The notes under the pieces were generated by a model. It saw only the letters and a list, made by a program, of their open reading frames with translations. It ran no database searches and was not told the DNA's origin. DNA of 25,939 nt from a virus (Duplodnaviria; Caudoviricetes): positions 1 through 25,939 of the IMG/VR virus record IMGVR_UViG_3300020043_002042; one strand, written 5' to 3'. Of the stretch, positions 14,325-24,200 are shown one piece after another; position 1 is the stretch's first letter, and the number at the start of each line of letters is the position of its first letter. A program made the translations under genes and the position numbers.

Positions 14325-15227
14325 GTGATCGTGAAGTTCACAAACAAGTTCAATCTACCGCAGACGTTCGTCAATGTTATTCACCGACCAACGTACTCAA
14401 AGGGTAAGGCACATATCTCTGCAACAGAGATCATCAACTCACCTCGCATCGTTCAGTTAAAGAAGAAACACTGGGATGACATCGAGCAAGACGCAAGCGA
14501 AATGGTGTGGTCACTGTTCGGCTCTGCTGTGCACAACATTCTTGAGCACGGTAAAGACGATCACCACATCGTTGAAGAACGACTCCACCTTGAGTTCGAA
14601 GGTTGGAAGATCTCTGGTGCTATTGACCTACAAGAAGTAGAGCCCAATGGCACGATCACAATCAGTGATTACAAAGTCACTGGTGCATGGGCAGTGATGA
14701 ATGAGAAGGACGACTGGCATCGTCAGCTCAACATCTACGGATGGATGGTGGAGAAGGTTAAGAAAGTACCCGTGGGTAAGCTTCAGATCATTGCCATCAT
14801 TCGTGACTGGTCTGCCCGCGATGCTGCAACTAAGGAGAACTATCCTCAGTCACCAGTAGCGACGATTGATATTCCACTGTGGTCATTCGAAGAGCGTGAA
14901 GCATTCATTGCTAGGCGTATCCATGACCACGGCACTGCACTCTTTGAGATGGAGACAGATGGCGAGATGCCAGACTGCACACCCGAAGAGATGTGGGAGA
15001 AGAAAACATCCTACGCCTTAAAGAAGGATGGGAATGTTAGGGCCAAGAGTGTTCACGAGACACTTGAGGATGCCGAGAAAGCACTGGCCAAATCAGAAGA
15101 AACGGCCAAGAAGAATGAGAAGTTTGTAATCGAAGTAAGACAAGGGGAACGGACACGATGCAGAAGCTACTGCCAAGTGTCACAGTTCTGCACGCAATAC
15201 CAAAACTACCTAAAGGAAATACCATGA
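14325..15227 (+). CDS. PD-(D/E)XK exonuclease (RecB/Cas4-like) with a C-terminal Cys cluster
   Basis: GSAVHNILE, ISGAID...DYK, QLNIY; C...CRSYCQVSQFC. Confidence 0.88.
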   Translation: MIVKFTNKFNLPQTFVNVIHRPTYSKGKAHISATEIINSPRIVQLKKKHWDDIEQDASEMVWSLFGSAVHNILEHGKDDHHIVEERLHLEFEGWKISGAIDLQEVEPNGTITISDYKVTGAWAVMNEKDDWHRQLNIYGWMVEKVKKVPVGKLQIIAIIRDWSARDAATKENYPQSPVATIDIPLWSFEEREAFIARRIHDHGTALFEMETDGEMPDCTPEEMWEKKTSYALKKDGNVRAKSVHETLEDAEKALAKSEETAKKNEKFVIEVRQGERTRCRSYCQVSQFCTQYQNYLKEIP

Positions 15228-15475
15228 ACATCGTAATCACAGTGAACCAAGAGCAAGCCGAAATCATTTTGGCTACATTGATTGAACTGCCATTCAAGCA
15301 AGTCAATCAACTTGTCCATCAGATTGCTAAGCAGATTGAATTTGCACAGCAACCAAAGATGCCTACCAACACAATCACTGTTGCGCCCGCACAGACATAC
15401 AAGTACGGTCTTAAGAAAGACGGTACACCACGTAAAAGCCCCGGTCGTCCAGCAAGAAAGGTAGCTAAATCATGA
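15224..15475 (+). CDS. small protein with an AT-hook-like basic tail
   Basis: AAGGA RBS; YGLKKDGTPRKSPGRPARK. Confidence 0.8.
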   Translation: MNIVITVNQEQAEIILATLIELPFKQVNQLVHQIAKQIEFAQQPKMPTNTITVAPAQTYKYGLKKDGTPRKSPGRPARKVAKS

Positions 15476-15693
15476 TGAGTGAGAACTCATTCTTCCTACG
15501 CATGTGGGGCGTTGCGGCAATGATACTCATAGCCATGATTGCCTCTTGCACATACAGTGGCCACGACAAACGCGACAAGTGGGAGAAGGCTGTATCCAAT
15601 GGCGCTGACCCTATGGTTGCGTCTTGTGCTCTGTTCGTACAAGAGACCATAGAACAAGCAGCCTGCCTAATCATGGCGCAAAACAGAAAGTAA
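15472..15693 (+). CDS. small membrane protein or lipoprotein
   Basis: Hydrophobic N-terminus ending IASC. Confidence 0.75.
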   Translation: MMSENSFFLRMWGVAAMILIAMIASCTYSGHDKRDKWEKAVSNGADPMVASCALFVQETIEQAACLIMAQNRK

Positions 15694-15696
15694 AAA

Positions 15697-16401
15697 ATGT
15701 CAGTACATAAAAAACTAATGGCCGCAAGGGTCAAGCTTCAATCCACCGAGATGAAAAAGTCAGGACTGAACAAGTTCGCAGGCTACTCATACTTCGAGTT
15801 GGGTGACTTCATCCCTCACATCCAAACAATCTTTAACGAGATCGGACTGTGCGGTGTGGTGTCATTCGATACTACGCATGCAACACTGTGTATCACTGAC
15901 GTAGATGATGGTACATGTATCGTCATCACATCACCGATGGCTGAGGCTAACCTGAAGGGTGCACACCCCATACAAAATTTGGGCGCGGTCGAATCCTATC
16001 AACGTCGCTACCTCTGGATGACAGCCCTTGAGATCGTAGAGCATGACATCATTGACTCTGCGCCAGCAGCTGAGCCAGTGAAGGTAGAAGCTAAGCCTGA
16101 ACCAAAACCTGAGCCTAAGCCAGTTAAGAAGACACCGATCCCCGCAAAGATGGAAGGCCGTGACGAGAAGTCTTGGCACCTGACTGTGGAGAAAGAGCCC
16201 GGCGAATCAGCAGAATCTTGGATACAAGCAGTAGTAGACATCACCAACATGGGACTCGCTGAGACTCACGATGAAGCTGAAGTCATGAAGCTGTTTACCA
16301 ACAACAGAATTATCTTTGATCGTCTGAAGTTAGAAGACGTTGATAGATATACCGCGCTCATGGGCGCATTCAAAACCCGTAAAGAAGAACTGAAAGGATA
16401 A
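15697..16401 (+). CDS. erf: ERF-family single-strand annealing protein
   Basis: KKSGLNKFAGYSYFEL; QNLGAVESYQRRYL; Pro/Glu/Lys linker. Confidence 0.9.
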   Translation: MSVHKKLMAARVKLQSTEMKKSGLNKFAGYSYFELGDFIPHIQTIFNEIGLCGVVSFDTTHATLCITDVDDGTCIVITSPMAEANLKGAHPIQNLGAVESYQRRYLWMTALEIVEHDIIDSAPAAEPVKVEAKPEPKPEPKPVKKTPIPAKMEGRDEKSWHLTVEKEPGESAESWIQAVVDITNMGLAETHDEAEVMKLFTNNRIIFDRLKLEDVDRYTALMGAFKTRKEELKG

Positions 16402-16403
16402 TC

Positions 16404-16697
16404 ATGGCCACGAAGTACCCAAACTCAGGCATGCTCGGCAAAGCTAAGCAACCTAAGATCAACCCCAACTCACCAGACTACACTGGAAGTATTGACGTTG
16501 ACATCTCTCTCATCAAAGAGATGCTCGAAGACGCTCGTCAAGAAGGTGCTGACTCCATCAACATGAAGCTCGGTGCTTGGATCAAAGAAGGACAGTACGG
16601 TAAGTTCTTCAGCATCAAGGTGAACAACTACAAGAAGCCTGCCGGTGCGCCTCAACAGCGTGCGATTCCTGAAGACGACAGCGATATTCCTTTCTGA
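16404..16697 (+). CDS. putative single-stranded DNA-binding protein
   Basis: PDYTG...AWIK...KFFSI; acidic DDSDIPF tail; follows ERF. Confidence 0.8.
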   Translation: MATKYPNSGMLGKAKQPKINPNSPDYTGSIDVDISLIKEMLEDARQEGADSINMKLGAWIKEGQYGKFFSIKVNNYKKPAGAPQQRAIPEDDSDIPF

Positions 16698-17116
16698 TGC
16701 AAACAAGCAACTTTGAAGGCGTCAAGGTAGCCTTAAAGCAAGACAAGACTGGGTTCGTATTGACACTCTCAATACACCCAGATGACTTGCCTGAAGAAAT
16801 CTTGCGTGACTTCGTTGGTGCTAGATACCAAGTAGTTATGGTCAGACTTAACAACGAAGAGCGCCCCATGAACAGAGAGCAAGAGCACTCTAACGATGGC
16901 GTTCGCACAGCTGGGATCCTATGTAGAGATCCTCAGTTCCACAAGTTCCTATACGACGGTGGCCACATCTTCATTGCTAACGAAGAAGAAGCAACCAACT
17001 GGTTGAAAGAATACTTGGACATTCAATCCCGAACAGAAATTAAAGAAAGCCAACGCGCTCAAGAAAAGTTGCGTGGCGTATCACAGGAGTTTTCAGCATG
17101 GAAGATAACCGCTTAG
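16697..17116 (+). CDS. conserved phage hypothetical protein
   Basis: 139 aa; AGILCRDPQF...IQSRTEI. Confidence 0.8.
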   Translation: MQTSNFEGVKVALKQDKTGFVLTLSIHPDDLPEEILRDFVGARYQVVMVRLNNEERPMNREQEHSNDGVRTAGILCRDPQFHKFLYDGGHIFIANEEEATNWLKEYLDIQSRTEIKESQRAQEKLRGVSQEFSAWKITA

Positions 17117-17418
17117 TCCCTTACTCAGTACATCTAAAGCGTGAGGTGTACGACAAACTAAAGCTGGCAGCTGGTCAGCGCAAAGCCTCCGCCCTCGTGC
17201 GTGATGCCATCACCATGATCGTAGAAGGTGATGACGAGTTCAATGGTGGATACAACAAAGGCATCCGCGATGCGATCTCTGTTATCGCTGAAGACGAGCT
17301 TGCTACAGCCATTGCATACAACGGTGAAACGGTTGCCGAACTGTTGGCCGAGAAACTTTTAGAGATGATTGTTTCTCAGAACACGAAAGGTAAATCTCAT
17401 GGCAAGAAAAAAGGCTGA
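17098..17418 (+). CDS. ribbon-helix-helix-like DNA-binding protein
   Basis: YSVHLKREVYDKLK...ASALVRDAI pattern; AGGAG RBS. Confidence 0.7.
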   Translation: MEDNRLVPYSVHLKREVYDKLKLAAGQRKASALVRDAITMIVEGDDEFNGGYNKGIRDAISVIAEDELATAIAYNGETVAELLAEKLLEMIVSQNTKGKSHGKKKG

Positions 17419-17593
17419 AGGTGTAAAGAGTCTGGTTAAGTTGGAGCCTGTCTCCCTTGACCAGATCACGATGCTTGACTTCTTTGCGGCGTTTGTCCTG
17501 ATGGGCTTGGCCGGCGGAGAAGACATGCACCACAACGCTCAACAGGCTTACGACCAAGCGGAGGAGATGATGTTAGAAAGGATGGAGCGATGA
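17399..17593 (+). CDS. divergent RDYFAA-family small protein, copy 3
   Basis: ITMLDFFAAFVLMGL...AQQAYDQAEEMMLER. Confidence 0.75.
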   Translation: MARKKAEGVKSLVKLEPVSLDQITMLDFFAAFVLMGLAGGEDMHHNAQQAYDQAEEMMLERMER

Positions 17594-17811
17594 ACCGCAA
17601 AACCCAGCTAGAACAATTAGAACGTGCCGTTGCCGATGCTCACCGTGCGATGGCGGCACAGGAAACGATTTGGATGGAGGAGTGGCGAGCTGCTCCCAAT
17701 CCTTTCATAGCCATCAACGAATGGAATAAGAACCACGACAGACGAATGGTCTACATTCAGCCGTGGCTTGATGCGAAGAACGAACTAGCAAAATTTAGGA
17801 ACAAAGAATGA
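17590..17811 (+). CDS. hypothetical protein
   Basis: Coupled 73-aa ORF. Confidence 0.75.
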   Translation: MNRKTQLEQLERAVADAHRAMAAQETIWMEEWRAAPNPFIAINEWNKNHDRRMVYIQPWLDAKNELAKFRNKE

Positions 17812-18023
17812 GCGAAGTATTTGGTGGACACATGGCCTTCCCCCTACACAACACTGGCCACGGCGCACCCTTTGACGAGGGCATGTCATTGCGTGACTAC
17901 ATTGCTATCCATGCGATGCACGCCATACTATCAAAGGGAGATAGTCCAAACTCCTACGCGGTTGCAAGATATGCTTTTAATATTGCCGACGTCATGATGG
18001 AGCACAGGGACTCTGGTGAATAA
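17808..18023 (+). CDS. GMTLRDYFAA-family small protein, copy 4
   Basis: AFP...GMSLRDYIAIHAM...AFNIADVMMEHR. Confidence 0.85.
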   Translation: MSEVFGGHMAFPLHNTGHGAPFDEGMSLRDYIAIHAMHAILSKGDSPNSYAVARYAFNIADVMMEHRDSGE

Positions 18024-18276
18024 CAAACTAACAGCTAAGCAACGGGAACACATAGGCAGGGTGAAGGAACTACCTTGCTCTGTCTGTGATGAGCCCGGCC
18101 CTTCAGACGCACACCACGTTAAACAGCATCAGCAGTACACCGTGGTAGCTCTGTGCAAGTCCTGTCACCAAGGCCCGATGATGGGATGGCACGGCCAGAA
18201 ACGGATGTGGGCAATCAAAAAGATGGATGAGTTAGACGCTCTAGCTGTCACCATAGAGCGCCTACTGGAATCGTAG
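18016..18276 (+). CDS. HNH-like Zn-binding protein (DUF968/Ref-like)
   Basis: LPCSVC...AHH...LCKSCH...GWHG. Confidence 0.75.
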   Translation: MNNKLTAKQREHIGRVKELPCSVCDEPGPSDAHHVKQHQQYTVVALCKSCHQGPMMGWHGQKRMWAIKKMDELDALAVTIERLLES

Positions 18277-18295
18277 AATAATTTAAATTATTCTA
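18274..18295. repeat. perfect 22-bp AT-rich palindrome joining two convergent genes
   Basis: TAGAATAATTT|AAATTATTCTA. Confidence 0.95.
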
Positions 18296-21200
18296 TTTCA
18301 TTGACTTGCGAGTATCTTCAGCTTGCTTGGCCAGCATGGAGATCAACTCTTTCATCTGGTCAATCTGCTCGCGCTTGGTAGCTCCGTCCATACCAGTGTC
18401 AGATGTCACCACCTGAATCTGTTTACGGATGTTAGCCATCTGCTTAGATGTCTGGGTGTACAGCTTCTGCAAAGCAATCTTGTCACCCTTCTCCTCGTAG
18501 ATCTGCTGGACTTTATCCAACTCACCAATCTCAGAGTAGTGACGCATGTCGGCAAACGCCTGCTGAATCTGCTTGTTGTTCTCGTAGAACGAGGTGGTGT
18601 ACTGAGACATGTTCGACGGCAAGCTCTTAACGAATCCAAGGCTAGCTCTGTCCATCCACTTAGTGTCAGGATACTCACCCTCTTTGAACGGTGCGACAGC
18701 GTACATAGAGGTCGTCGCAACTGTGCCGCCGAGCCAGCCGAAGTAGCCCTTAATAGCATAGTCTGTCTGGATTGGGCTTAACTCTGCTTTTTCAGGCAGA
18801 GCAATGTTAATCACGTTAGACAAAGCAATGGCCAAGGGACTGGTGTTCTCTGTCTTACGCTCAGCTTTAGACAAGGCTTCCATGCCGGCAGTCTCGATAG
18901 GCGCACCAGTGAAGCTATCCTTGTTGGCATACAAGTCAACGATAGGCTTAACGACCTGTGGCAGTGGGTTCATCGCAAAGGTGTCCCACACCATACGGCT
19001 AAGTGCATCGGTGAACTGTTTACCTTCTGCGTTCTCATCAAAGATCTGCTCAGCTGTACGCTCGGCAATAGTACCGAGAGCACCAATCTCGAACGGCTTA
19101 GGAATACGCACAGCTGCTTCCATGCCGGGCAAGCGGATCCACCAGAAGTTATCGCGATCCCAGTTGTCACGCTTCTGGAACTCTTCGTCATCCTTGAATC
19201 CATAGTACAGAGCCAAGGAAGCCAAGCACACAGCACCAGACACCACGGAGAATGCCTGAGCTTTCTTCTTGTCGTTCAAGTCCAGCTCTTTGCCGGTAGC
19301 AGAGTTGTACAGGACGCGACCAGTAGGCACGATGCCGTCACGACCGAGCTTGTACAAGCCTTGGATACGTGCGTTCATGAACGGTACGACCTGAGTCAAG
19401 TAACGGAAGGCACCCCATGAACCCTGCATAGAGAAGTCCATCAAGTCGCGCGCTTGGAAGGACGCTTCTAAGTGAGAGTATCCTTGCTCGCGCAGCTGGT
19501 TGTACAGCGCCATGCGGTTAGCGGCTTCAGACTTGTTGCCTGCTTCCTCATACTTCTCCCAGATCTTGGCCAGACCAGCTTTAATCTTGTCTGGTGTGTC
19601 GAGGATGTCAGACTCTTTAACGCCCTTCTCAAGCAAACGCTTAATCAGTTTGGACTGATTGCCCTCGTATGCTGTGCCAAAGTTAAAGATAGCACCGCCA
19701 GCCAGAGCTGAGATGTGTGCAGGATTGTTCTTGTCAGTAGCAATCCAGCCATCAATAACGTTGGCGAAAGGATTCTTCTTCAAGCCGGACACAGCGATAG
19801 ACTGCACCGAGTCACGGAACAAGTTGTTAACCTTGAACGCAGGAGACATCGTAACGCCGTACTGCAAGATGTTCTTGAAGTCACGCGAAATATCGAGGAA
19901 CTTGGACTTCGGCCCCATGTATCCGATAGATGTGATGGACTCAAGCAACAGTGGATCTTTCACTGTGAAGTAGGCAGGCTTGCCATCCATCATGACCTTG
20001 ACCGTATCTGGGCCAGCTTCAGCGGCAGGCTCAACAGCGTCCAGCTCAGCGGCATCTTTCAGCGTGGTCACAGCAGCTTGGTTCTTCATCGACGCAGACA
20101 GGATGTGACTCCAGTTACGCAGAGTGTTCTCCATCAAGTCACCGAACGGACGCTCTCCTCCGCCTTTCAAAGCTTTGGAGAACTGCTGACGTGTCAGGCC
20201 TGCGGATGTCTGAGCACCCTGCAAGTCACCGTCTTCCATCTGACGATAGAAAGGAATGTAGTAAATGTCACGGACAAAGTTGTTGTAGCTTTGCTGGTCT
20301 ATCAAACCCTGACCCAGAGCCACATCCAAGACGGAACGGTTCAATGCGTTCATGTCTTTCAGCACAGCAGCATAGACTTCTGCGCGTGGCTTGCCGTTCA
20401 GCATACCTTCAGACAGCTGCTTACGGTTGGCCACCATGTAATCCATGTCATCGCTACGTGAACGCTTATCTTCAGGTAGGTTGAACTCACGGTTCAGCGC
20501 AACCCACATCTGGTAGCGATCAACCTCAGAGCCCACAGGCTTGAGTGTCTCAATCAGACCCTTGGTGTTGGGTTTAATGTTCAGTGCACCACCGTCGTTG
20601 AAGACATGGCCGTTGAACAAGATGCCCTCAAGAGCGCCGTCAATAGTCTTAGACAAGCGAGCCTGAATGTAGCCAATCGGAGAGTAATCCTTGATCGTGC
20701 GGTACTGGTCAGCAATACCCTGAGCCAGACGTTGCCAGAAACGATCCTGCAAGTCAGAGATCTTCTCGACAATTGTTCTGCTCTGTGGCTTGAAGACACG
20801 GTTAGCGGCAGCTGTAAAGTCTGGGTTTACACCCTCCATAGTCTCAGCAGCTAAAGGCTTGTTCTTTTGCAGGGCAGTAGAGATCTTCTCTTTAACTTCC
20901 TTGACAGACTTGGGAGCCTCTTTCAGATCAATACGATCTTCCTCTGTACTAAACTCACCAACGTTGCCGGTGGCAGACTTGACTTGCTTAGTATCAAAGA
21001 CCGTGTATTCACGATAGGGGACATTGTTGTCTAGGTTCTCGCTCATGCGAGTCATGCCATCAAAGCCTGCCTTCTGCATGATCTTTGCAAAAGTTGTAGC
21101 ACCACCATCACCCAAAATCCTTGCAAGTTTACGAGGATCAAACTTGCGCTTTTCGTCTAATTGAAAATTAACAAACTGATTCAACTCTTCATCAATCATC

Positions 21201-24200
21201 TGACGAGTTGCTTCGTCATATTTCTCGTATCCTAATTTCTCTAACTGATCTATAGAACGAGGCATCGCACGGATGATTGAATCCATCTGATCGTCTGTGA
21301 TGTTATCTACATCAAGCATCTTCTCGATGCGGATGTAAACAGGCATAACATTTTGGCCAGTCTTGTTAGATCTTTCCTTGGCAGATCTATCCGCAAAACG
21401 CGAGGCAGCATCAGGGTCTTCGGTAAAGTAAATACCTGCGCCTAAAGCACCTTCGTCAGATGTGCGGAATTTATTGATGTCATCAGAAGTGCCGTGGTAC
21501 ACAACCAAAGGATCACCGCTCTCATCGACGACTTCACTATTGCCAAACCACTTCTGGAACTTTGGATTATTTGAAACGTCAGGGACTGATGCCTCTCTCA
21601 GATCAATCTCTGGGCTCTCCGTACTGAACTCACCAGTGTTGCCAATCGCAGACTTAATCTGTGTAGGCTCGAAAGCGGCATAGGTGTTGTAGTCGCCTTC
21701 TTTTACTTTGATGCCGTCATAGCCAGCCTTCTGTGCAGCCTCAACAAACTGAGGGCTGCTCACTACGTTGTAAGCTTTTGCATCAGATGGCAAGTACAGA
21801 GAAGGAATGTCAACGCCTAGTCGCTTAGCCAAAGCATAAGCAGCCTGTGCATCATCATTCATGTCAAAGTTTGTGATTGCCAATGGCTTCTTAATTGACA
21901 AGTAGACTGGGTACATCGTGCCTTCTGCACCGGCATAACCGCTAGCAGTGTATGGCTCTTCAGCAAACCAATTTGGCAAGCCAGCAAACTGACGAATTGC
22001 TTCGCCTTCCTTGTCGCCGTACTCATCAAAAGCTTTTGTGCCGTGATATACGACCATAGGATTGCCATTCCTATCAACAACCTTGCTGTCACCAAACCAT
22101 TTCTGGAACTTGGGGTTGTTGGAAAGGTCAGTGCCTTTAGTCTGTGCGCTGAATTCTCTAAGATCCTGCAAAGACTTTCTGATCTTCTCAGCAGTCTTAT
22201 TTGAATCCTTGGAAGAAACAATGTCAGCAGGGTCTACGTATTCACGACGCTGTGTGAATCGCTCGCCATTCTTGTCGTAGCCGTAGAACGTTGTCTGGTT
22301 CAAAGGATCTGTAAAGCCGGACAGACGTGAGCCGTCCTTCATCGTGATCGGATTCTTCAGGCGGATGGCATAACCATTGCGCTTAGCTTCCTCAGACTGA
22401 GGGAAGAACAGAGTCTGACTTGCATCTAGCAATACAGGCTGCTGTGCAAAGTCAACAATGTTCTTGCTGATCTTTGTCTTGCGTGGCTGCTTAGTCATGG
22501 CCAGCTTGTCAGTCAAGTTCAACACTTCAGTCAAAGCGTTGGTGTCTTTGATGCCAAGCAAGTCAGCGACCAAGCGAGTAAACTGTGTCCAAGCACTGCG
22601 ACGTCCACCATACTGAACGTTCATCAACATGTACTGGAACTCAGGGTTGCTCATCGCCTCAGCAGTAAACTCTGTAGCACTTGCCAGTCCATAGACTTGT
22701 TTGGAGAAGCCTCTACCCCAGCCCATTCCTTGCGCGTTAAGTTCTTTCTTAACGTGCCTGAACAATTTATCAATCTCCAAAACAATCGGAGCTTGTCTAG
22801 GCGTGGGGTTGTACTGAGCTTTAACAACCAAGGCATGCAGTGTCTCGTGAGCATTGGTGGTCTCATCACCAGCTTCACTGCGTTGGATCTGAATCGAATC
22901 ATCAATGTGACGGAACACGCCAAGCGCATGCTGTCCTTTGATGACCAACTTATCTACAGGTTTTCTTAACTTAATCTTGGCGGCAGACGCCACACCCAGC
23001 TCACCGATCCGGCGAATAACTGGGTTAGTACTCTTAGCCAAAGCTTCTGCCATCTTGAGGAAGCTACCCTCTTCATTGGCTTGCCTGACTTCAAGATTAT
23101 TTGTTTTCGTAGGCATGCGCTGCTGGAACTCTGCAAGCGTCTTAGGCTTCTCAGCTGTTGGAGCTGGTGGCTCAACTTCAGGAGGCGTCTCAACTGGCGG
23201 TTCAGGAGGCTCAACCACTGGAGGCTGACCTGTTGTGCCGGGAGCAGGCGGTTCCATCTCACCATAGACCTGAGCGGCAGGGATAGTTACAGGAGGACGC
23301 TCTGGGCCTTCAGGTGTAGGAACAAACCTAGAACCAGCTGGCAACTCACGTTCACCGCGAGGCTTACCAGTCGGAGCAGATGTAAACCAAGGCTCACCGT
23401 TACCCTGATAGTTAAGCGGCAAAGGCATGCCGGCACGTTGCTCAGCGGCAATAGCTGCTTCAACATCTTCACGAGTAACAATACCAGCTTCAAAGTCTTT
23501 GACCAAACGCATAGCAGCAGGCGTATTAGTACGACGAGCAATCTCAATGTATGCGTTGACAGGATCAATAATAGGTGTGGACTCAGGACGGTTGATAGCC
23601 GTACCTTCCAGACCCTTTGTAAACTTAACGGGCACATCCAAAGACTGAATAGCAAATCTACCTTCAGCCGTAGGGTGAGGAACAATAGTCAAGCTATTGG
23701 GATCACCGCCTTGGTTCTTCAGCATGTTCTGCATGACCAACAAACGGTTCTTCGCAGCACGCTCTTCAAGAGGACGGTTGTCCACAATCTTAGGTGTAGG
23801 TGTCTCTTCAGCAGTCGTAGTTCCGGGCATCACGCCGGGAGTTTTAGACGATGCACCAGTAGGCAGACCAGCCTCTAAACGCAGGCGGTCAATCTCAGCT
23901 TGTTTAGCTTCCAGCTCAGCACGCGGCGTAGCTTGAGGCATTTGCTCATTCAAACTAGGCTTGCTAGTATCTGGTGTCGGAGCCTCTGGTACTTGAGGAG
24001 GAATGCCCTCGCGTGCAGCTCTTTCAGCCTGTGCCTGTGCATCAGCATCAGCCTTCTGTTGGAGCATGAGAAGACGCTGACGACCAGCTTCCTCAGATGT
24101 CAGCATCTCAGGAGCAACTTCTTCAGGACGAGTTACGCCAGTGATAGCTTCAACTTGTTGTTGCAACGCAGGCTGAACAGCTGGTTGCTCTGGAGCTGGC

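Noticed and set aside
16080-16125. Short tandem repeat
   Set aside because: Encodes the ordinary KPEP linker of the ERF protein.
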